Source: Mobula hypostoma (Eukaryota). Taken from it: 64,000 nucleotides of DNA. Where the stretch lies: NCBI RefSeq assembly GCF_963921235.1, contig NC_086108.1:115384001-115448000 (forward strand), written 5' to 3'. Position 1 is the stretch's first letter; each line of letters starts with the position of its first letter. A program made the position numbers and the translations under genes. The notes under the pieces were generated by a model. The model was not told the DNA's origin and did not search any database. It was given only the letters and a program-made list of their open reading frames with translations. This document shows positions 11,975 to 24,600 of the stretch, piece after piece.

Positions 11975-14900
11975 GGGGGGTGGGAGATGGTGGTCACATT
12001 ATGGATGTGGGTGGTGGATGGCCTGTGCTCATCAGGCCTGGGTCTTGGGAGAGTACACGGGAGAGGCTCTCGCACAACATGAACGATGTGGCGGGGATGC
12101 CCGCCGTGCCCTCCCTGACGTTTCAAAGCGTTTCTTTTTACGGGCTGCTCCGGTACACCTTTCACGTCCTTCCCGTCTTTGTCTGCCGACCCGACCCGAC
12201 TCGCCTCGGCGGACTGGCAGCGGAGGAGGTCCCCAGTGGAGGTCTCTTTACACAGGGGTGCCCCCCTGTACATTCGGCACCTGGGCTGGAGGGTGGGCAG
12301 TCCCCGTACAACAGGTTTTTGAGCAAGTTCACTGACACTCCGTCCACCCGTCCGTTCTGTGGCCGGGAGGAGTCCGAGAGGTATCAGCTTTGCTGGGGTC
12401 CGTAGATCGTACCAAGGGCTTTATCCTGGCGCGGGGGGGGGGGGGGGTGATTTCAATTGCGCCCTCGAGGAGAGGGATCACACTGGCCCCCAGAGTGGTC
12501 GAGCATCGGTGAGGAAGTTCCGGGGGTCGGTCGTGTCCTCGGACTTGGTCGGTATCTGGCGAAGCCTTCCCCGTGACCTCTGTGCTTCCTCAAGGAGATA
12601 CAGAGGGGGTGGGAGCTCGCAGAACGACCAACCCTACATCTCCAGGCTGCACGTCTCCAGGGTGTCGGTCGCCTCCATGCGGCCGTTTGCCTGCTCGGAC
12701 CGCCACCGGGTGTGGACGGAGATGAATGCGCTGTCCACGGGTGGGGGCCGTGTACTGGTATTTCAACGACCGGCTGCTGAAGGACGGCCGGTTCCGGGAT
12801 TCGTTCCGGCTGTTCTGGGAGACCTGGCGGGAGGAGCAGCGGAGTTTCCGCTTTCTGAGACTCTGGTGGGAAAAAGCCTCTGACTATCCACATGATCAAT
12901 GCCCCTCATCATCTTGTACACCTCTATCAATTCACCTCTCATCCTCTGTCGCTCCAAGGAGAAAAGGCCGAGTTCACTCAACCTATTCTCATAGGGCATG
13001 CTCCCCAATCCAGGCAACATCCTTGTAAATCTCCTCTGCACTCTCTCTATAGTATCCACATCCTTTCTGTTGTGAGGTGACCAGAAATGAACACAGTACT
13101 CCAAGTCGGTCTAACCAAGGTCTTCTATAGCTGTAACATTACCTTATGGCTCTTGAACTCAATCCCAGGGCTGATAAAGGCCAACACACCACCCGCCTTC
13201 TTAACCACACTGGCAATCTGTGCAGCAGATTCGAGTGTCCAATGGACACGGGCCACAAGATCTCTCAGTTCCTCCAAACTGCCAGAGTCTTACCATTAAG
13301 ATTATATCCTGTCTTCAAATTTGATCTTCTAAAATGAACCACTTCACACTTATCTGGGTTGAACTCCATCTGCCACTTCTCAGCCCAGTTTTGCATCCTA
13401 TCAATGTCCCACTGTAACCTCTGACAACCCTCCACACTGTCCACAACACCCCCAACCTTTGTGTCATCAGCAAACCTACTAACCCATCCCTCCACTTCCT
13501 CATCCAGATCATTTATAAAAATCACGAAGGGGAGGGGTCCCAGCTGAACACCACTGGTCACCGACCTCCCTGCGGAGGAGGAGCTCGAGGAGGAGCTGGT
13601 CGACTTGGAGTCCCGGCTAGGGCTGACCAGTGGGTACCAGCCCCTCTGGGATGAGCACCGGAGGTAGGAGGAGGCACTGAGGCACCTGCAGCTTGAGAGG
13701 TCCCGAGGCGCTTACGTGAGTCTGGATCACACCTCGCCCTTCTACTCTCTGTCGAAGGGGAGGGGTGTCCGCAGGCAGCTCGTGGAGTCACTGGTAGAGC
13801 ATGGTTCCAGCGTCACGATCCGCCAGAATTGTTGCGGAAATGCATCCTTTTTATGAGGCTCTCTTCTCACCGGACCCGTGCAGTGAGGATGAACGGAGGA
13901 TCTGTAGGAGGACTTGCCGAGGGTCAGCCCTGACTGTCTAGGTGCCCGCTATCTTTGGTGGAGCTGGCCAGTGCCCTCAACCAGCTACAGGGAGGCAAGT
14001 CCCCAGGGCTGGATGGGTTGACCGTTGAATTTCTCCTAGGGGCTGATTATGCAGGGGTACTGGGGGAGAGCATGGCGACGCGTCAGATGCTCCTCTCTTG
14101 ACGGAGAGTAGTCATGGCCCCGCTGCCAGAGAAGGGGGATCTCTGTTGCCTGTGGATTGACACCCAGTATCCCTCCTCAGTGTGGAGTACAAGGTCTTTG
14201 CCCGGGCGATGGCCAATCGTCTGGGCTCCGTGCTGGCGGTAGTTGTCCACCCTGACCAGTCCTCCACGGTCCCAGGGTGGTCGATCCAGGACAATATCCA
14301 CCTTGTCCGGGATCTGATCTACCTGTGCCGGGAGGCTGGTCTGTCAGTCGTCTTTCTCTCCCTCGACCCGGAGAAGTATTTCACAGGGTGGACCAGGAGT
14401 ACTCTTTTGTGACCCTGCGAGCGTTCACGTTTGGGCCACAATTTGTGGCTTGCATCCGACTACTGTACACTGCGGCTCCCCGGATTGCCTCGCTGTCAGC
14501 GGGTCTTTGACAGCGACCTTGTGCTTTGGTGGGGGGTGGGGGCGGCGTCAGGGGTGACCCATGTCGGAGCAGTTGTACTCTTTACGTGGAGCCATTCCTG
14601 TACCTTCTCTGTAAGAGGTTAATGGGTTCGGCTTACGTGAACCGGACATGGAGGCCGTCCTTTCAGTTTACCCCAATGACGTCCTCCTCGAAGTCACCGA
14701 CGCTGCTGACTTACAGAGGATGGGAGATCGCCGGCAGTTCATCCCGGCCTCATCCTCTGCAGGGGTCAACAGGGAGAAGAGCGCGGGCCTCTTGGTGGGT
14801 CAGTGGAAGGCGGACTTCCTTCCGGAAGGGCTGTGCCCCTTTGCTTGGGGCACCACGCATCTCTTCTACTTGCGGGTCTATCTGAGATCGACGGAGGAGG

Positions 14901-16203
14901 CCTGGCCGGTGTAACTGCAGACATTTGGAGCCAAAGAGCTCTGCGCGGCTGGGACGGTGGTCAGGCCTCCTTCGTGCGATCTTGAACCGGGGAAGGACAT
15001 TAGTTATAAGTCAGCTGGTCGCTTCCATGATATGGTACTGGCTGGTTAATTTAGTCCTGCTCATTTATTTTGTCTCCAGGGCCCAGAAGAGGCTGGTGGA
15101 CTTCTTCTGGGGAAATCGGAGGCACTGGGTCTCTGGAGCGGCCCTGACTCTCCGATCGCAGAGGGCGGTCAGTCATTGGTGTCTGTGCGCACCCAGCTGG
15201 CAGCTCTCTGCCTCAGGACCCTGCAGAGATACCCGTACTGTGACCGCCCTCCGGGGTGGCGTGGGCTGGCGAAGCCCCTTCTCCTCCACGGACACTGTCT
15301 GCAGGAGGGTACGTGGGTTCCAGGAGAACTGCCTCACTGTTAAGGGTATGGGGTCTAGTCTCATCCAGACAGGGTACTCCTGCGTTGGTGGGGAATGGTG
15401 CTCACCAGTCCAAGGGGGACTGCTCACCATCCTAACACTGTGGGTGTCGAGGGGGCTCGGGGAAGTGCTCGTCGGACCCGGGCCTCGGGATACCACGTGG
15501 GAGAGGGTCCCGCACAATGTGAGCTGTCTTGTGGAGATGCCCACCATGCTGATCCGTGATGCTCTGAAGCGCTTCTTGTACGGGCTGCTCCTGTACACCT
15601 TTCACTTCCTGCCTTCGTCTGCCGACCGGACTCTAACCATTTGGAAATGGAGGAGGTCCCCAGTGGAAATCTCTTTATGTAGGGGTGCTTCCCCTGTACA
15701 TTGGGCACCTGTAGAAGGTGTTGCATCGGGCAGTTCTGGGCAGCAGGTTCACTGACACCGTGTCCACCTGTCCACTCTGTGGCCGGGAGGAGTCTGTGTG
15801 GAGTGTGAGAGGTTGCAGCCCCTGTCTGAGCGTCTGAAGCTGCTGCTCGGGTTCAGCCCCGCGCTCCCCATCCACGGGTGCCCGGTACGGAAAGGGGCGG
15901 GGCGCGAGGAGCTTATTCCGGCTCCGGCCAAGATGGCCATTCACGGGTCGAGGCGGCGGACAGTGGAGGACACTGCCTGGGCCAACCACTTGCCCCTCTT
16001 CTGAGGATACATTTGGAGAGGGAGCATGCGGTCCCAATGGGTACATGGGGGGGGGGGTTGGTTCCAAGAGTGGAGGGGCACCAGGGAATTTACTGTTTTA
16101 TAGTCAGTAGTAATCTGTTTTAATTTGAATTTATATATTGTCTTGTAAATACTAAATGTTTGTATTTGTCGTGTAAATAAACTTCTATAGTTTTGTAGAA
16201 GAA
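11975..16203 (+). mobile_element. Tx1/L1-like retrotransposon, decayed: a 3' piece (11975-12385) followed by an ORF2-to-tail copy
   Basis: GGDFNCALEERD endonuclease; YKVFARAMANRL..HPDQS..PG.SIQDNIHLVRD RT; AATAAA and tail at about 16176-16203. Confidence 0.85.
12868..13562 (-). mobile_element. CR1 fragment inserted in the Tx1-like element
   Basis: RFADDTKVGG and EYCVHFWSP motifs. Confidence 0.88.
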
Positions 16204-16206
16204 GAG

Positions 16207-16785
16207 GTGGTACTGATGGAGGTGAGACTGTGGGGGGGGGTGGTACTGAGGGAGGGTCACACTGTGGGAGGGGTGGTACTGAGGGAAGGTCACCCTGTGG
16301 GAGGGGTGGTACTGAGGGAGGGTCACACTGTGGGAGGGGTGGTACTGAGGGAAGGTCACCCTGTGGGAGGGGTGGTACTGAGGGAGAGTCACACTGTGGG
16401 AGGGGCGGTACTGAGGGAAGGTCACACTGTCAGAGAGGTGGTACAGTGGGAGGGTCACACTGTGGGAGGGGTGGTACTGAGGGAGGGTCGCACTGTGGGA
16501 GGGGTGGTACTGAGGGAGGGTCACACTGTGGGAGGGGTGGTACTGAGGGAGAGTCACACTGTGGGAGGGGTGGTACCGAGGGAGGGTTACACCGTGGGAG
16601 GGGTGGTACTGAGAGAGGGTCACACTGTGGGAGGGGTGGTACTGAGGGAGAGTCACACTGTGGGAGGGGTGGTACTGAGGGAGAGTCACACTGTGGGAGG
16701 GGTGGTACTGAGGGAGGGTCACACTGTGGGAGGGGTGGTACTGAGGGAGAGTCACACTGTGGGAGGGGTGGTACTGAGGGAGGGT
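16207..16785. repeat. 33-bp minisatellite (GGTACTGAGGGAGGGTCACACTGTGGGAGGGGT), about 17 units
   Basis: Direct tandem periodicity. Confidence 0.95.
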
Positions 16786-17264
16786 TTATTCATTTCCATA
16801 GATGGTGCCTGCCCTGCTGAGTTTCTGCAGCATTTTGTCTGTGTTATACAGTTCGAGAAATTGTTTTGTGATGTGACATTGGTGTTGTTTGTTACATTCA
16901 GAGTTCTGAAACGTAACGAACATCCCCTTCTTCCCAACACCACAAGGAAAGGGAAAGGCTGTTCTGCCCGTTAGCCTGACAAGGCTTAACCTGGAAAGAT
17001 GGAAGCAGAGATTTTGGATCTTTCTATGGCCCCTACATGAGAAGTGTGACGTTTGTCGACCAGACAACCTGTGGTATTCTGATACTGTGACAGGCACCAG
17101 TGCAATGCAGGTTCTGGCTGTTGGTGAAGAGCAATTAATTTCAGCGTCAGTCTGAGGAAGCTTTAATTAACGGACTCATTAAAGCAGCAGTGACCTCGGC
17201 AGATTGCAGCCGGGTTACTCGCAGAACAGCTGATTAACCCATTCTGAGTGAAGTCCAGAGACAC

Positions 17265-18905
17265 AAAACATAAAACATTGAAATGTACAGCACAGGAACA
17301 GGCCATTTGGTTCACAATGTTGTGCGGAACCAGCTGAAAAGCGAATTAAAAACACCCATCTGATCTCTTTTACCTACACCATGTCTATACCTCTCCATCT
17401 TCCTCACATCCATGTGTCTATCCAAACAAATCTTAAAAGCCTCCAATATATTTGCCTCTGCCACCATACCAGGCAACGCATTCCAGGTATCCACCACTCT
17501 GAGTAAAGAACTTACCCCTCACATTCCCCTTAAGACTAACTCCGCCCCCCCCCCCCCAGCTTCAGTAGTACCAGAGTATTAGACATTGATCTTTAAACAC
17601 TCTCTACATGTCTGATGTGAACTTGCTGGAGGAAAGGTGTTTCCAATCAGCTCTTAGTTCCCGACTAATGCCCTCCTAGTTTGCCCTAATTCAATTTAAA
17701 ACTCTCCCACAAAGACCATTCCAATGCTTATCCGTAGCTATCCTGAAAGATAAGGAATTGTTGTCACTGATCCCGAACTGCTCACCCGCTGAAAGGTCAA
17801 TCTCCTGGCCAGGCTCCTTACCCAACACCAGGTCAGTGCGCCTCTCCTCTCATTGAAGCATCCACATACTGATTCAAAAAACCTTCCTGGGTACAGTACA
17901 CGTAACAAATTCTGCCCCATCCAAACCCCTTGCACTAAGAAGGTCACAGTTTATATTTAGGAAGCTGAAGCCCCCATGACAGCAACCGATTATTTTTACA
18001 CATTTCCTTAATCCGATTTCATACCTGTTCCTTGATGTCCCGGTGGATATTAAGGGGTCTGTTGTACAATCCGCTCAATGTGTTTGCACCTTTCCTATTC
18101 CTGACTTCTACCCAAATGGACCCAGTGTCTGACCTCTCCATTTGATCTCCACTGAGTGCAGTCGTGGTGTTGGCCATAAGGTGTAGGAGCAGAAGGCCAT
18201 TCGGCCCATCAAGTCTGCTCTGCTATTACCCCTGATTAGTGGTGCAGCTCCACTCCCTCTTTTACCTCCTCCTCTATCTTTTCTAAAACCTTGAAAACCT
18301 GGTATTAACCATACAGTCTCAACTAAGTTTCATTAATGGCCAAATTCCATATACTAATCCATACTCTAAACCTTTACCCATAATAGTCCTAGCATTAAAA
18401 TATACACACTTCAAATTAGCCGACCCATCATACCCGTTATTTCGATTTTGTCTTTCAATACTTTCCCTGACATCTCCCTTTCAGTCCGATCCTTCCCTTA
18501 TTGACCTGGTGCTCTGGTCCCCAGTCCCCAGCAAAACTAGTTTAAACTCTCCCAAGCAGCATCAGCAGACCTTGCGGCCAGGATATTGGTTCCCCTCCAG
18601 TTAAAGGTCAACCCATCCCTTCCCCAGAAAAGTTTCTAATGATCCAATAATTTGAAACCCTGTCCCCTGCACCATCTGCTCAGCCACTCATTCATCCGTG
18701 CACTAGCCCATGGCTCAGGGAGTAATCTGGAGATTACTATCTTGGAGGTCCTTTTCATCAGCCTCTTTCCTAACTCTACAAACTCATTGCGTAGGACTTC
18801 TTCCCCTTTGTTACCTATGTCATTGGTGCCGACGTGCACTGTAACCTCTGTCTGTTCACTCTCCCACATGAGAATACCCTGCAGCCACACTGTTACATCC
18901 TTGAC
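17265..18905 (-). mobile_element. Decayed CR1 fragments (3' tail, endonuclease region, ORF1 esterase)
   Basis: VDTWNALPG; VHVGTNDIG in ORF 18636-18917. Confidence 0.7.
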
Positions 18906-19740
18906 CCAACGCACCATCCTGCTGAAAGAGATTGGAGAAGGGGGAGTCTGATAGGAGAGTGTAGAAGAGCATGGAAAGGAAGGGATGTGAGAAGAGCACC
19001 AGAGGGAGAAGATAAAGTGAGAGAGGGAAAGGGAATGGGGAATAGTGACGGGGGTGGGGGAATTACTGGAAATTCAAGAAATTGAAGTTCATGTCATCTG
19101 GTTGGAGGCTACTCAGACAGAGAGTAAGCTGTTGCTCCTCCACCCTGAGTGTGGCTTCATCCTGGATGAAGAGGAGGCCGTGGACTGACATGTCGGAGGG
19201 GAATGGGAAGTGGAATTGAAATTGGCAGCCACTGGGTGATCCCGCTTTTTCTGGTGGACAGAGCGTAGATGCTCAGTGAAGCGGTCTCCCAATCTATGTC
19301 AGGTCTCACCGATATATAGGACACTGCACGAGAGCACTGGACATGGTAAATGACCCCAACAGACTCACAGGTGAAGTGTTGCCTCACCTGGAGGGACTGT
19401 TTAGGGCCCTGGATGGTAGTGAGGGAGGAGGTGTAGGGGCAGGTGTAGCACTTGTTCCACTTGCCAGGATACATGACTGGAGGGAGATCAGTGGGGAGGG
19501 ATGAATGGACAAGGGAGTTGCGTAGGGAGCGATCCCTACAGAAAGCAGAAAATGGGGGAGAGGGAATGATATGTTTGGTGCTGAGATCCCATTGGATGTG
19601 GTGGAAGTTGTGGAAAATTATGAGCTGGACGTGAAGGCTGCTGGGCTGGTAGGAGGAACCCTATCCCTGGTATTGCAGCAGGAGAATGGAGTGAGGCCTG
19701 ACATGCGTGAAATGGAAGAGATGTGGGTGAGGGCAGGGTT
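18906..19740 (-). mobile_element. Older PLE fragment (GIY-YIG region)
   Basis: KCYTCPYTSSLTTIQGPKQS in ORF 19157-19474. Confidence 0.85.
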
Positions 19741-20316
19741 GCAATTAGATTCTCGACTTCCTAACCAGAATACCACAATCTGTGTGGATTGGTGATAACA
19801 TCTCCTCGCTGATGATCAACACTGGTGCACCTCAGGGGTGTGTGCTTAGCCACTGCTCTTCTCTCTCTGTCTCCATGACTATGTGGCTAGGCATAGCTCA
19901 AATACCATCTATAAATTTGCTGATGATACAACCATTGTTGGTAGAATCTCAGGTGGCGACGAGAGGGCGTACAGGAGTGAGATATGCTAATTAGTGGAGT
20001 GCTGTCACAGCAACAACCTGGCACTCAACGTCAGTAAGACGAAAGAGCTGATTGTGGACTTCCGGATGGGTAAGATGAAGGAACACATACCAATCCTCAT
20101 AGAGGGATCAGAAGTGGAGAGAGTGAGCAGCTTCAAGTTCCTGGGTGTCAAGGTCTCTGAGGATCTAACCTGGTCCCAACATATCGATGTCGTTATAAAG
20201 AAGGCAAGGTAGCAGCTATACCTGATTAGGAGTTTGAAGAGATTTGGCATGTCAACAAAAACGGCTATAGATGTACCGTGGAGAGCATTCTGACAGGCTG
20301 CATCACTGTCTGGTAT
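19741..20316 (+). mobile_element. Rex1/Babar-like LINE fragment
   Basis: [29 protein letters not shown]. Confidence 0.85.
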
Positions 20317-20424
20317 GGGGTAACTTCGTTACTTCACCATGTTCCTGCTGGCTGAAACCTTCCTTGTGATGGTCAAGAGGGGAAGGAGGAAGATGGGAAG
20401 CAAAAGCCTGCCCTTCATAGTCTG

Positions 20425-20808
20425 CTCTGTTTCTCTCTCTCCTTTTTCTCCCTCTGTCCCTCTCACTATACCCCTTGCCCATCCTCTGGGTTTTCCACCC
20501 CTCCCCCTTTTCTTTCTCCCTGGGCCTCCTGTTCCATGATCCTCCCATATCCCTTTTGCCTATCACCTGTCCAGCTCTTGGCTCTATCCCTCCCCCTCCT
20601 GTCTTCTCCTATCATTTTGGATCTCCCCCTCCCCTCCCACTTTCAAATCTCTTACTAACTCTTCTTTCAGTTAGTCCTGACGAAGGGTCTCGGCTCAAAA
20701 CGTCAACTGTACCTCTTCCTAGAGATGCTGCCTGGCCTGTTGCATTCACCAGCATTTTTCATGTGTGATGCTTGAAATTCCATCGTCTGCAGATTTCCTC
20801 GTGTTTGC
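20425..20808 (+). mobile_element. PLE 3' tail with decayed hammerhead
   Basis: Matches 5325-5695. Confidence 0.85.
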
Positions 20809-21214
20809 ATAGTCTCCTCTGTTGTGATTAAAGACACGCTCCTCACTATCCGAGAATCCTGCTATACAAACAACCCCTTTGGCCCAACTTGCCTGTGCCA
20901 ACCCTTCCCTCCATCTACACTGACCCCGCATGCTTGCATCAGGACTGAACCTGACTATGCCTTCCTGCACGTGTGTCTGGATAAACATCTGTTAAACATA
21001 GTGACTGTCTGATTCCTCCACCTCCTCCAGCAGCTCACCAACTACCCAGTGTGCAGAGCCCTCAAATTTCATTTCAACCTCCACATTTTCAACTTAAACC
21101 TCTGTCCTCCAGTTTCAGTCTCTATCTACCCCAGCTGTACCACTCATAACTATGTAAACCTCTGTCATATCACCCCTCATACACCCATCCTACCCAACTC
21201 AAGTCTGAGATAAT

Positions 21215-21760
21215 TATACAGACTGAACTTGAAGTATTGTGATCAGTTTTGTTCCCTCCTATCTAAGAAAATATGGGCTGGTGTTGAAGAGAGTCCATAC
21301 GAGGGTCACAGAAGTGATTCCGGCAGTGAAAGGGTTAACATGTGAGGAGTGTTTGATGGCTCTGGGTCTGTACTCCCTAGAGTTTAGATGAGTGAGGGGA
21401 GATCTCATTGAAACCTATCAAATACTCAAAGGCCGAGATAGTGGATATTTCCTGCAGTGGGGTAGGGCGCATCCTCAGACTGGAGGGAGTCTCGTTAGGA
21501 CAGAGGTAAGGAGGAATTTCTTTAACCAGAGGCTGGTGAATCTGTGGAATTCATTGCCACCCATGGCTGTGGAGGTCAAATCATTTTGTATATTTAAAGC
21601 AGAGGTTGATCGATTCTTGATTATTCAGGGCATCAAAGATTATGGGGAGAAAGCAGGAAAATGGGGTTGAGAGGAATTATAAATCAACCACGATGGAATG
21701 GTACAGCAGATCTGATGGGCCAAAGGACCTAATTGTGCTCCTACGTCTTATGGTGTTATA
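21215..21760 (+). mobile_element. CR1 3' fragment
   Basis: RGDLIETY..FFNQRLVNLWNSLP. Confidence 0.85.
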
Positions 21761-22266
21761 AAACACTGCTGGGTCGTAGTGCGACTGGGTTTGTATCTTT
21801 GTTGCTGTACAGTGGGATTTGTTGAACATCAGTCTGGCCACTAATTGAATCAGAGCTGGATGGGAGCTTGTTTAACATCAGACGGTTTCAGAACAACACG
21901 CATGAACAAAGGCAATGCTTCAGTGGAGCGGCTAATAAGAGTGTTGGCAGATAGTGAGCATCTTATCCTCTGGGAATTGGGCAAGGATTAGTGGGATTGG
22001 CTCCAATGAGAGAAATTGTGACAATGTAATTGGATCCAAAGCACAAATCTTCACTGGGTGAGCTGCCTGGCCTTTCAGAATGAGCTCAGCAAATTGACAG
22101 AACTAAACTGTACCTCTTTATTTTCAACCTTTGGGGCATTTGTCAGTCATGCCCCTTTCCCCGGGTCGAGTCCACAGACAAGCCCACCCCACAGAGATCA
22201 CCGATCATCTTCCCGCTTGCAGCACTCGTTCCCGGAGGGGCCTGACTGCTGCTGTCACACCTACCT

Positions 22267-22320
22267 ATTTAAGCAATTTCCCCCGGGATCAATAAAGTAT
22301 GACTATGACTATGACTATGA
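22267..22320 (+). mobile_element. Short LINE 3' stub with AATAAA and (TATGAC)n tail
   Basis: CTACCT flanks both sides (22261-22266 and 22321-22326). Confidence 0.55.
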
Positions 22321-22539
22321 CTACCTCTGGCCAAGTGCTCCGACTAATGGCCGTGGGGAGCTGCTTGGGTCTGACGGGGTTCCAGCGTTCCGTGTCCGGG
22401 ACAGAGAATGCCGAGGAGAGGGGCCGTCGGCGGGGTGCAGTGTCTGTTCATGGGGCGGGGGTGTCAGTATTGTACATCACAGAGCCCCATGTGGGCAGTG
22501 CAGGGGGACACCAGGGGTTACCGTATATGTGTCAATATG

Positions 22540-22752
22540 CATACACTATCTCTCTCATACACACACACACACTCACACTTTCATACACACACGCACACAC
22601 ATGAATACAACACACACACTGTCACACACACATAAACACACTCACACACACCCATACACACACGAGTGCAACGCACAGACTATCTCACACACTCATACTT
22701 CACATACACACTTATACACATGGATGCAACACGCATACTGTCTCACACGCAC
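22540..22752. repeat. (CA)n-rich microsatellite
   Basis: Visible directly. Confidence 0.9.
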
Positions 22753-23201
22753 TGACAGTTTCGGGACAGGTTCCATTGCTGACGGCCCCAGCCCATCCTT
22801 CACTCATCTCCCTCCCTCCCATTCCTGATCGTATCCCTCCCTCCCCCCTTCACCCTGTCCCTCGCAGGTGCAGCTACCCTTCCCCTTGTTCTGCATTGTT
22901 CTCAGAGACCCTGTGAAGAGCAGTCTGCACAGTGAACAGGGTGACAGGAACTGCACAGTGAGGGGCACCTGTGGGTCACGGGCTGGACTCAGCCCTGTGG
23001 GTGTGAGCAGTGTCCATGCCAGTCCTTTCCATTGTCTGCACGGACTGGGATGTCGAGGCTTTGGAGAGCGTGCAGAAGAAGTTCACCAGGATGCTGCCTG
23101 GATTAGAGAGCGTGTGCTATAACGACAGGTTGGACAAACTTGGGCTGTTTTCTCTGAAGTGGCGCAGACTGAAGGGAGATCTGATAGAGGTTTAATATTT
23201 C

Positions 23202-24600
23202 TGTAATATTGGAAATACATTGTTTGATTAAGCATCCTTTGTTTACATAATTCATTACGGGTTTTATGTGAGAAGTACATAAATGACACACATCATTACT
23301 TAAGTGCGCGCCTCACTGACATAAAATAAAGTATACAAGTTCTCTGGGCTCCCATGATTTCCTTTTGAGTAAGTTTTTGGAGTTACACTTCATAACAGTG
23401 GTGATGAGTACGTTTTAAAACAAATCCGAGATGACTACCTACCTGTTGAAGAACAACACTTATTTTTCTTCGCAAGAGAAGTGAGATATTTGAGGTTTTT
23501 TTGAAAAAGCACAGCACATGTCTCATTGGAAGAGGAGTGAAATGGTTGAGTTTAAAAAAATGGCAGAAAATGGAGAAAATTCATGGGTTCATAAACAGTG
23601 GAGGCATCCGTTGGTCTTGCGAGACCATGGATTTGCACCTGGAAAGTCTTCACTCTCCAGGGCACATGCCTGGGCAAGGTTGTATGGAAGACCAGCAGTT
23701 GCCCATGCTGCAAGTCTCCCCTCTCCATGACACCAGTGTTGTCCAAGGGAAGGGCATTAGGACCCATACAGCTTGGCACCAGTGTCGTCGCAGAGCAATG
23801 TGTGATTGAGTGCCTTGCTCAAGGACACAACACGTTCCCTCGGCTGGGGCTCGAACTCACAACCTTCAGGTAGGTAGTCCAATGCCTTAACCACTTGGCC
23901 ACGTGCCCACATATAAACAGTGAGTTCAGGGTGAAAATAATAATGAATGAATAAATTGGCTACATTGGAAAGACAGACATGTTCGATTGCATGGCAGATA
24001 AGTGGATGATGTACACTGAGCAGATTGAACAGTATTTTGAAGCAAATGGAATAGCCAGTACAAAGTGAGTGCCACAATTGCAGAGTGAGATAGGTGGAAA
24101 AGTACACATGGAACCCAGAATGGCTGGAATGCAGCAGAAATTTCAGTCCCCCCATTTTTACCAATGCCAGGGTGAATTTGCCCTTGATACAGGCTGCCTT
24201 CTGTGGGATTGTTCGGGATGCAACACATCCAGCAGCTGCCAAGAACAGCACCTCTCCATCCGTGGAAATGCCCTGCATGACCCTGCGAGGATTCATGTGG
24301 ATTTTGCACAAATTTCATGGTAGCTGTGGGTGCAGCTACAAAGTGGCCAGAAGTGTTACAATAACCTCCACTACAGCCTCACACATCTGCACAGTACCAC
24401 CCAGCCACAAATGTCTTGGTGGAAAGGTTTGTCCAGAGTCTAAAGAAGGCACTGCAAGCAATGCCAGCAAAACACACTACACTGACACTGAATCAGAAGC
24501 TCATCAATGTCCTCCTTGCATATCACAACGCAGCACACCCTGCAACCAGCTACGCTGTTCCATGGTAGGATCTTGCACTCATTGTCCTTGTCCCTTGTCT
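23202..24600 (+). mobile_element. Ty3/Gypsy remnant: 5' LTR, PBS-like site, gag start, integrase pieces
   Basis: TGTAAT..ATAACA (23202-23397) then GTGGTGATGAG; YIGK.DMFD..YTEQIEQYFEANGI; RIHVDFA and ERFVQSLKKAL. Confidence 0.75.
23601..23912 (-). mobile_element. tRNA-derived SINE with 10-bp TSD
   Basis: A box TGGCCAAGTGG and B box GTTCGAGCC on the minus strand; ATAAACAGTG at 23591-23600 and 23913-23922. Confidence 0.88.

Noticed and set aside
16120..16974. ORFs over the 33-bp array
   Set aside because: Tandem-repeat artefact
11400..22960. CACAGTG heptamers as V(D)J recombination signals
   Set aside because: The ones checked have no nonamer at 12/23 spacing, and there are no V or J segments
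22868..22965. Candidate exon (polypyrimidine-CAG ... GTGAG)
   Set aside because: No recognisable protein and no partner exons
23840..23910. tRNA gene
   Set aside because: Head of a SINE bounded by a TSD
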